Positions 58,101 through 64,000 of a stretch of DNA of 64,000 nt are shown one piece after another. Location of the stretch: positions 18,728,848-18,792,847 of the forward strand of contig CM120643.1 of assembly GCA_051362555.1 (NCBI GenBank), written 5' to 3'. The stretch's first letter is position 1, and every line of letters begins with the position of its first letter. Below the pieces are notes generated by a model, which was given only the letters and a program-made list of their open reading frames with translations, was not told where the DNA came from and searched no databases. The translations under genes and the position numbers were made by a program. Source of the DNA: Lingula anatina. Taxonomy: Eukaryota > Animalia > Brachiopoda.

Positions 58101-61100
58101 CAAACACCCCTGTGATGAGCTATGACCCTCTTCCTCCAGAGGACTCTATTTCTTCATATGAAAGACCACCAGCAAGGTAAATTTCCAAGTGTTAGTGTGT
58201 GCTTTTTATGTATGGAATGCATGGATTGGAATGGCTTTTTAGTCAGACAAATGAATAATATGTAAAACTATATAATTGACATAGGGCCTTGTTCAACTTT
58301 TTGCAAAAAGTGTTGAAAGCCTACAGTGGATATAGATAAATAACACAATAGTAATTTTGTTTCTTTATTTATTTATTTCAGACAAACAAGGGCTCAACAA
58401 GAAAGTAATCCACTGACAGCTTTCTTCAGGTCCATGTTGCCCAACTTTAACCCACAAGTAAGATATCAAAATATACAATAACTGAAATGAAAAGTTCTGA
58501 TCAGAACTTCCATTTAGGCTTTTTCAGTCTATTTCACCTCTTATTTGCATAGTTTGAATGTCAGATTGTGATCCTTTTATTATTTAAAGCTTAAGAGCAA
58601 AGGGAAAAGTTTTTAATTTTATGAAATTTATCAGACATGGCTGCTATGACCACCCTGAGCTTCAGAGATAACTTGACACCTACCTCTTCACTATAGCCTA
58701 TCTTCATCGTGTCAAGTTACCTCTGACCACATTCGATTGCCCCTGCCGCTCGCCAATCAAATTTAAAGCCCACACTCAATGACTCATTGAACGATCTAGC
58801 CAATGAACGCGAACGAGTCAAAGCGCGCTTTGTTCAAATCCGGACCAATCAAAGATAAGGCTGAATATCAGGGACTTGCCGTAACCTGTGGGCAGCACGC
58901 AAAATACATCATCCCTCAGTAGATAATGATGCAGGGCCTCAAACTGCTCTGGTTTCAATTCCGATATACTCATATTTTGCAAAGAATCAAGAGATAACTT
59001 AACACATTATTGTACCACCAGCGTTAGCGCTGGCGGTACACATGGTTTCGGTCCCGTCCGGATCGTTCTGCCGGCTCCGTTGGCTCCGCCGGCTCCGCCG
59101 GACGGCTACCGTTACCGCTTCTCCTCCTAGACGGTAAGGGCCCCCGTACCCATCTCATGGATTTAGGTCACCTATAATCTCAACTCCACGTAAAATTTGG
59201 GCTTTGTCGGTATTGGGGTCTGGGTGTGGCACTCATTGCAATGCACCCTTGTCTAAAAATGGCAAAATTAAATGCTAATTATCTACCCTACGGAAGGAGT
59301 TATGGGAAAAATTTCTATAGACGGCTTTCCAAAAGTCATATGTGTAGATTTCAAATATATCCTTGGATTTGACCTTTGACCTCTACTTCAAGGTCAAATG
59401 GGCCAAAATTTTCAAAAAAATGAAATTTTTTACGAAAAAAATTTTTTTTGCCCTGTTATTCAGACACCACACAGACTTAACCAATAATATTATTGGAAAG
59501 TGTTACCCTTCAGGTCATCTTTCATCTCCATGAATTTGGGGTCAATCGGTGCATTTTCACGGGAGTAGCGGCCATAAGATACCGAAACTGAAAACTGTCT
59601 CTAATTCGGGAACCGTTAATGCTAGAGACCCATTCTTTTTTGCATTTTGTAGAGCATGTAAAGCCCAACACTGGAGGTGGTCTCGGTTTTTTTGTATTCC
59701 ATACGGTTTTCGAGTTACGCTGTATCAAAAAGTACATATTGGTGGTAAAAGCAAAATGTGCAGTACGGTAATGGATAATAAATTTTGAACTTTGGAAAAA
59801 TAAAAGATAAGGCTTGGCAAAGCAGACAACTTGTGTTCAAAAATGACGTTATTTCATCAAATTTGAACTTCTGAAACTTCAGAGCACCTCCTATTTCAAG
59901 AATTTTGACCAAAATGACATTTTCTTTATTTTAATTAATTTTTTCTGTACGAAATTTAAGGCACATTATGGTAACTCCAAAATTATAACATCTAGTCCCT
60001 TATATCTCCAAAACTGGCAGAGATAGGTCCATAGTTACTAATGAACTTGAATAGGAAGTCATATACTGGCAATCTAAATGTGACCTTGAAATTGACCTTT
60101 GACCTACTTTTCACCATAAACTGAACTTTGCAAAATTTGCTTCCCTTTTATCTCCAAAACTGGCAGAGATAGGTCCATAGTTACTATTGAACTTGAATAG
60201 GAAGTCATATACTGGCAATCTCAATGTGACCTTAAAATTGACCTTTGACCTACTTTTCACCATGAACTGAACTTTGCAAATTTTTCTTCCCTTTTATCTC
60301 CAAAACTGGCAGAGATAGGTCCATAGTTACTATTGAACTTGAATAGGAAGTCATATACTGGCAATCTCAATGTGACCTTAAAATTGACCTTTGACCTACT
60401 TTACACCATGAACTGAATTTTGCAAATTTTGCTTTCCTTTCATCTCCAAAACTGGCTGAGATAGGTCCGTAGTTACTATTGAACTTGAATAGGAAGTCAT
60501 ATACTGGCAATCTAAATGTGACCTTAAAATTGACCTTTGACATACTTTTCACCATAAACTGAACTTTGCAAATTTTGCTTCCCTTTTATCTCCAAAACTG
60601 GCAGAGATAGGTCCATAGTTACTATTGAACTTGAAAAGGAAGTCATATACTGGCAATCTAAATGTGACCTTGAAATTGACCTTTGACCTACTTTTCACCA
60701 TAAACTGAACTTTGCAAACTTTTCTTCCCTCTTATCTCCAAAACTGGCAGAGATAGGTCCATAGTTACTATTGAACTTGAAAAGGAAGTCATATACTGGC
60801 AATCTAAATGTGACCTTAAAATTGACCTTTGACCTACTTTACACCATGAACTGAATTTTGCAAATTTTGCTTCCCTTTTATCTCCAAAACTGGCAGAGAT
60901 AGGTCCATAGTTACTATTGAACTTGAAAAGGAAGTCATATACTGGCAATCTAAATTTGACCTTAAAATTGACCTTTGACCTACTTTACACCATGAACTGA
61001 ATTTTGCAAATTTTGCTTCCCTTTTATCTCCAAAACTGGCTGAGATAGGTCCATAGTTACTATTGAACTTGAAAAGGAAGTCATATACTGGCAATCTAAA

Positions 61101-62548
61101 TGTGACCTTAAAATTGACCTTTGACCTACTTTACACCATGAACTGAATTTTGCAAATTTTGCTTTCCTTTTATCTCCAAAACTGGCTGAGATAGGTCCGT
61201 AGTTACTATTGAACTTGAATAGGAAGTCATATACTGGCATTATAAATGTGACATTAAAATTGACCTTTGTCCTACTTTTCACCATAAACTGAACTTTGCA
61301 AATTTTGCTTCCCTTTTATCTCCAAAACTGGCAGAGATAGGTCCATAGTTACTATTGAACTTGAATAGAAAGTCATATACTGGCAATCTAAATGTGACCT
61401 TGAAATTGACCTTTGACCTACTTTTCACCATGAACTGAATTTTGCAAATTTTGCTTCCCTTTTATCTCCAAAACTGGATTCAAGTCATATACTGGCAATT
61501 TACTGTGACCTTGAAATTGACCCTTGACCTACCTTACGAAGAATTTAAATTTGATAGTACCATATATATTTTTTGCAATAGTTTAAAAATTCTTGTTGAT
61601 TGCATTTTTACAGCTTGTCAAGCACAAAACTGGTGGCTGTGTCCCTTATTTTGTGTATGTGGGGGTCTATACGAATGCGCTTGCTCCAGCTGGTGGTACA
61701 ATATTTGGAGGCGGTATCGCCTCTCTGATCCTCTAGTTTTACGTAGTCACTCATAGGAGACGCCATGCTTTCTTTGTGTACGGTTTTGCACTCGGAACTA
61801 CTCGGATGTCTCCGCACTCTACAATAACTTTGTTGATAGTATGGAGCTTGCGGAATCAGCCGAGGATTACCGATTGACGGTCAACCAATCAGCGTTTTCA
61901 CCAAACTTTGGTGAAAAATTTTGAAACTTGGATTCGATTGGCTTATATAAACTAGGTCAAACTATTTTCGTCAGAGGTAACTTGACACGATGAAGATAGG
62001 CTATAGTGAAGAGGTAGGTGTCAAGTTATCTCTGAAGCTCAGGGTGGCTATGACAGATCGAGTATTGAATTGGAAAGAAAAGTTAGCTCCCCTTGTAAGA
62101 AATCTCATCTATTTCACTTTGAAATAGCATTAAAAGTTGGTTATGTACAGTAAACTCTGCACTGCTTGTACACTTTGTGACTGGAAAAATATGTTTTGGT
62201 TATGCAAAGATGAGTATCAGACAATATGTATTAACATAAATTTAAGGTACCAAGAAAAAAGGATACCACAAAAGTTGCTCCAGATAAACAATAATTCAAA
62301 TTATAAGGTGAGAAAATATTTAGATACCATAATTAACTGAAAAACTTTCTTTGCAGGAAGTCCCAGATGTCCCAGACGGTGCTGTAGGTGGGGCTGCTGC
62401 TCCAACTGACATGCAGGCAGGCATTGGCGCACTGATGGAGGCCATGAGGGATCTCTTGAACAATATCAGACCAGTAGATGCTCCCAGAGAGGACGGGCAA
62501 GGAGGCGATGAATTTGATGACCAAGACAACAATCCCGAGTGGGACTGA
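247..62548 (+). CDS. TCF25: TCF25 (NULP1/RQC1, ribosome quality control subunit), C-terminal ~310 aa; exons 247-352, 1217-1324, 1771-1889, 57497-57655, 57794-57884, 58094-58176, 58382-58457, 62357-62548; 5' exons lie upstream of the window
   Basis: All introns are GT-AG and phases are compatible (934 nt, one open frame). The translation follows the TCF25 C-terminal motifs in order: DPLC.LL.ID..ALRA, QEWEAHRNLSQLPNFAFS, L.MFPG.L.PLL..CS, LY.GR...WK.P, PRNI.RH...SEIK, DPLPP, FFRS.LPN, terminal EWD*. Recognised from memory of the family. Confidence 0.95.
1217..1324 (+). CDS. TCF25: TCF25 exon (AHRNLSQLPNFAFSIPLAMFHNANQEGKDTEEADQM)
   Basis: ttttag acceptor; gtgcag donor is weak but keeps the phase; HRNLSQLPNFAFS motif. 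Confidence 0.9.
1771..1889 (+). CDS. TCF25: TCF25 exon (LQDSLLMFPGLLIPLLDKCSINPDAEVAAHHFFGTSCQL)
   Basis: ctacag acceptor, gtaggg donor, phase 2 matches the exon at 57497. Confidence 0.92.
2248..2964 (-). pseudogene. Paralog D of the nested cysteine-rich family: 3' remnant (exon 6-like 2964-2816, exon 7-like 2585-2499, tail exon-like 2333-2248)
   Basis: Exon 6-like KGFGKECQSPQHCDWAKGHTCGNVCHPDQPKKCVC is 149 nt; a +2 slip in a (TG)n run breaks ...CVCGPSHEDKGGNCVA. Exon 7-like TVGSFWYGDGNCKTMGRKGICLDGKCIY is 87 nt as in A/B/C, with a Cys->Trp change. Tail ATAQPISGLISIVLPI then loses hydrophobicity. Splice sites are intact; no upstream exons found. Confidence 0.8.
2622..2720. repeat. (TAAA)n microsatellite
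   Basis: Direct reading; similar arrays at ~27529-27560 and ~41785-41848. Confidence 0.9.
4310..12299 (-). CDS. Nested paralog A: secreted/GPI-type cysteine-rich EB-module-like protein, 340 aa; exons 12299-12294, 12013-11968, 11827-11657, 9792-9463, 6101-5943, 5709-5554, 5251-5165, 4377-4310
   Basis: Spliced ORF of 1023 nt with GT-AG introns (phase 0, then all phase 1). Signal peptide MKVFFNILFLVVTFYYSEA; 34 Cys in modules such as GESCSTFDETGTCGAANSECKDGQCTCKSGY; C-terminus CQNSVAIIISGLLSAVLPIVLAALY* with no cytoplasmic tail. Domain name comes from Cys spacing, not an HMM search. Confidence 0.88.
6880..7470. repeat. ~295-bp direct tandem duplication (2 diverged copies)
   Basis: tgcaatttctcagccaatgga...ctttttgtaacagtttaagaaataaaa at ~6951 and ~7261. 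Confidence 0.85.
7709..8915 (-). pseudogene. Decayed, spliced transposon gene: SAP-like N-terminus + YqaJ/lambda-exonuclease C-terminus (Kolobok- or ISL2EU-type), within an insertion specific to unit A (~6540-9000, ends uncertain)
   Basis: First exon ~8915-8815 MERVHASLTVNQLKRNLLECGAITSG*KCELTGR|gtatg follows the SAP pattern. ORF 7709..7975 LKKTCKYFTQLEGQMFITNCPFCYFVVFTFKDLFV..I..D..YF...LPRI follows the YqaJ 'YY.Q.QGQM.IT....C.FVV.T' motif. Internal stops; absent from the equivalent intron of B. Confidence 0.7.
9108..9402. mobile_element. PIF/Harbinger-type MITE
   Basis: Imperfect ~85-bp TIRs ggcccagtttca... / ...tgaagctgggcc; 3-bp TSD CTG (9105-9107, 9403-9405). Confidence 0.8.
10267..11622. 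mobile_element. Non-autonomous DNA transposon with TA TSD (Tc1/mariner-pogo-like), 1356 bp, in intron 3 of paralog A
   Basis: TIR cagtaaaaacttgaaaatttcgt / acgaaattttcaagtttttacgg (22/23 match), flanked by TA; the paralogous site in B (~18865) is empty. Confidence 0.88.
14655..23015 (-). CDS. Nested paralog B: secreted/GPI-type cysteine-rich EB-module-like protein, 330 aa; exons 23015-23010, 22667-22622, 19074-18904, 17891-17574, 17078-16947, 16694-16530, 15545-15459, 14722-14655
   Basis: Spliced ORF of 993 nt with the same exon/phase structure as A; MKVFFNILFLVVTFYYNEA... to ...CQNSVAIITSGLLSAVLPIVLAVLY*. Confidence 0.88.
15725..16392 (+). mobile_element. 668-bp non-autonomous TIR element with RecQ-helicase remnant (AcademH-like), copy 1
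   Basis: Perfect 77-bp TIRs caccctgagcttcagag...; 8-bp TSD gattttat (15717-24, 16393-400), single copy at the empty site in A (5409-5416); internal DDVICVLPTGYGKSLIF at ~16129-16179. Confidence 0.9.
18107..18630 (-). mobile_element. 5'-truncated L2/CR1-group LINE (ORF2 C-terminus + 3' tail) in intron 3 of paralog B
   Basis: Minus strand reads IQNSAA...KFNHITPVLHDLHWLPVSQRIVYKILLLTFKILKG...RTLRSS...FKKNLKTFIF, then tgtaaacagcactgag...gcgcg...(tat)n tail; absent from A. Confidence 0.88.
19210..22494. mobile_element. Non-autonomous DNA transposon with TA TSD, 3285 bp, in intron 2 of paralog B
   Basis: TIR cggtaatgtgccatgaatttcgaac / gttcgaaattcatggcactttaccg (24/25 match); TA flanks; subterminal ggccgaaattcatg and ggccgattttaag repeats; CpG-rich interior; absent from A; no transposase recognised. 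Confidence 0.88.
23066..23071 (-). promoter_or_regulatory. Candidate TATA box of paralog B
   Basis: TATAAA ~55 nt upstream of the ATG at 23015; the equivalent position in A (12350-12355) reads TATGAA. The AT-rich background makes this weak. Confidence 0.3.
26623..35664 (-). CDS. Nested paralog C (more divergent): secreted/GPI-type cysteine-rich EB-module-like protein, 348 aa; exons 35664-35632, 34777-34729, 30998-30843, 29249-28893, 28656-28525, 27848-27696, 27290-27204, 26702-26623
   Basis: Spliced ORF of 1047 nt; leader MKDRGYFSLKDHVPLLLGVLFLLLAKNGEC; shares GY..RYLGSEK..QCVP, MWGGE.CG.PN.LMPSE and FLGKK.P.C with A/B; tail CKNSSSIPVHTGLLLVLSTIVHIFLRLSS*. The first exon is the least certain. 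Confidence 0.85.
27066..27163. repeat. Imperfect (CA)n microsatellite
   Basis: Direct reading. Confidence 0.9.
32346..32603. mobile_element. Fold-back PIF/Harbinger (Tourist-like) MITE, 258 bp
   Basis: Almost the whole element is a palindrome (ggcttcattcacatg...catgtgaacgaagcc; core taattactggcagcgcgagccagttact / agtaactggctcgcgctgccagtaatta); TTA TSD. Confidence 0.88.
32974..33175 (+). repeat. Dispersed ~200-bp repeat (caggcctgtagc...aaaagtggac family, probable old MITE); other copies ~4665-4866, ~14959-15135, ~17350-17527 (all minus) and ~44120-44285
   Basis: Shared caggcctg terminus, G-rich tract and aaaagtgg/aaaggt motifs in five diverged places. Confidence 0.55.
40029..40074. repeat. 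(TC)n microsatellite
   Basis: Direct reading; others at 42498-42538 and 43079-43108. Confidence 0.92.
40785..40996. repeat. Degenerate ~60-bp minisatellite
   Basis: ggaacagactgggc(c/a)aggct and ttctagatctatgaa..tgtttgatattgc each recur 2-3 times. Confidence 0.7.
57497..57655 (+). CDS. TCF25: TCF25 exon (QPEGLKQLIALYIGRCHPCWKDPDVVRWLEKNVKEVIKRVDDGDPLAEEYRK)
   Basis: ccacag acceptor, gtaaac donor, LY.GR...WK.P...WLE.NV motif. Confidence 0.92.
57794..57884 (+). CDS. TCF25: TCF25 exon (RQGRYRGTPRNIFRHILISEIKDATAALPP)
   Basis: ttgcag/gtgagt; PRNI.RH...SEIK motif. Confidence 0.93.
58094..58176 (+). CDS. TCF25: TCF25 exon (HLANTPVMSYDPLPPEDSISSYERPPA)
   Basis: tctcag/gtaaat; DPLPP motif. Confidence 0.93.
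58382..58457 (+). CDS. TCF25: TCF25 exon (QTRAQQESNPLTAFFRSMLPNFNPQ)
   Basis: tttcag/gtaaga; FFRS.LPN motif. Confidence 0.92.
59007..61736 (+). mobile_element. Non-autonomous Helentron-type element (HINE) carrying a central satellite array
   Basis: 5' subTIR attgtaccaccagc with nearby inverted copy gctggcggtaca, then ggctccg microsatellite-like repeats; 3' subTIR gctggtggtacaat (~61689-61702), hairpin gaggcggtatcgcctc, end ctag followed by tttt; inserted at TT with no TSD. Confidence 0.82.
59998..61530. repeat. 146-bp tandem satellite array, 10 full units + partial
   Basis: tatctccaaaactggc recurs at 60003, 60149, 60295 ... 61463; the ORF-track ORFs here are repeat artefacts. Confidence 0.97.
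62357..62548 (+). CDS. TCF25: TCF25 last coding exon (EVPDVPDG...LMEAMRDLLNNI...NNPEWD*)
   Basis: ttgcag acceptor, phase 0, acidic tail ending EWD-TGA; overlaps ORF 62351..62548. Confidence 0.93.
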   Translation, partial: EVPDVPDGAVGGAAAPTDMQAGIGALMEAMRDLLNNIRPVDAPREDGQGGDEFDDQDNNPEWD

Positions 62549-64000
62549 CGAAGCTAAAACTCGTCATATGTTGTATGATGTGTACAGTTGGTGCCATGGT
62601 CACATCTGATCAGACACATACTGTCGGGAGCTGTTTGACAGATTTGGCAAGGACTGGTATAAATTTTAGTCGATTAAGTTGCGTTTCAGAAAGAATCTAA
62701 AAGGCTGCTTATACTAGTGCCTCCTTTTTCAATCACTTTTCACTTTGTAAGTTTGGTCCTAAATTGCAATTGTTTTGATACCTATTCTCCTCAGTGGTGG
62801 TAGAATTTTATTTTGTTTCATTAAATGCCGTACATTTGTTGTTCACCAATTATTTTTAAAAAACACTCTCAGACCATCATTGCAAAGTCAACTTTAAACA
62901 TCCAGCTATTCAGGTTTAGCAGCTTAAGCTAAGTCCCAAATCTGTGGCTAAAGGTCTAAAAGTTTATACAACTTTTACATGTGACATTATTAGCCTCATT
63001 GGCCAACAAGGAGGAATGTGGTCACCAATTATACAGTGGAACTACTACAGGAACTGTACAACGGCATTTTTATTATACAATCATGTAATTGGTGAGGTGG
63101 AATTATTCTGCAGTTTTCTGGTGAACTTCAACTGCATCTGAAAGAAAACAAGTAAAATGGCTTGTCTAAAGTGACAGAAGAGACCCAACAGTTTTGCTCA
63201 ATCAAACAATTAGAGAAGTCTGGAAGGGTAAAATACAGTGTAAACTGCATACTTCCAAGTTCACTTAGAAGTATGGACCAAGTATGTTGATGGAACAGCA
63301 AGTTAATCCTATTGGACAACACATGACCAGTCTCTGACCAATGAGGTGACAGCTGAGAGAGGGTTATTCAACAAAATTAAGACAACAGTTCAGCATGGTG
63401 TTGAGCATATGAGCTAATAAATTTTTTCTAGTATATTCATCTCTTAAAGATGGTGGATTGATTTGCATAAAAGTAATTCGACCAGAAATGTTTTGTTAAC
63501 TAATAATATCACTGTTAACTGTGATAGTGCAATATGATCATAAATTATGATCTAGAAAATAAATTGGTCTTTTTTCCATATCTATGCTGTTATTTGTTTA
63601 TATTTTTTGTTGCAAATGTTATTAAGATAAAGCAGGATCACAATGACTGACATGAAATGTTCTTAAGAGTTCATTATTGTTAGTAAATGCTTTGCATTTA
63701 GCCAAAACTTTTTGACTAGTAGCTGAGCAAGGAGCGCTGTGACATATCAGTAGTATTGGTACATCACAGAAACCAATAAAATGCCAAAGACAATGTTCCT
63801 GATGAGGTTGACTGGTCTTCAAATGTCTGAGATGCATCTTAAAATCGAGTGCAAGTTCTATATTACAGTAACTGAAAATAGAGATTAAGTGCATCATGTT
63901 TAAGCTGATCTATTTATTAAATGTCATGACAAAAATGTTTGGTTAAAGTCACTGTAAAATGCACCATACCATAATAAATTATTATTATAATTATGATTAA

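Larger units (their letters stand above)
58651..62046 (-). mobile_element. Copy 2 of the 77-bp-TIR RecQ-remnant element (inverted relative to copy 1), interrupted by a Helentron/HINE
   Basis: Perfect 77-bp TIRs; 8-bp TSD gctatgac (58643-50, 62047-54); 58651-59008 and 61737-62046 are colinear with the reverse complement of 15725-16392. Confidence 0.92.

Noticed and set aside
59998-61530. Regular repeats and repeated ORFs (MPVYDFLFKFNSNY...) as a CRISPR array or repeat protein
   Set aside because: Head-to-tail 146-bp monomers with no unique spacers; 146 is not a multiple of 3; eukaryotic intron; no cas genes.

Overview
AT-rich, intron-rich animal genomic DNA. The transposon repertoire suggests a mollusc or other lophotrochozoan (inference only). 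The + strand carries the 3' half of TCF25 (NULP1/RQC1; 8 coding exons, 247-62548), with one 55.6-kb intron (1890-57496). Nested antisense in that intron is a tandem family of 8-exon genes encoding signal peptide + cysteine-rich (EB-module/EGF-like) repeats + a GPI-type hydrophobic tail. Three copies look intact (A 4310-12299, B 14655-23015, C 26623-35664) and there is a frameshifted 3' remnant (D 2248-2964). A and B come from a ~10-kb tandem duplication and are nearly identical except for hypervariable loops. Several transposons with clear ends are present: two copies of a 77-bp-TIR/8-bp-TSD element carrying a RecQ-helicase remnant (one hosts a Helentron/HINE with a 146-bp satellite array), two TA-TSD elements, Harbinger-type MITEs, a truncated L2/CR1 LINE, and a decayed SAP+YqaJ exonuclease gene. 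About 36-57 kb has no gene I can support. All gene models were spliced and translated by eye, and no database search was run.
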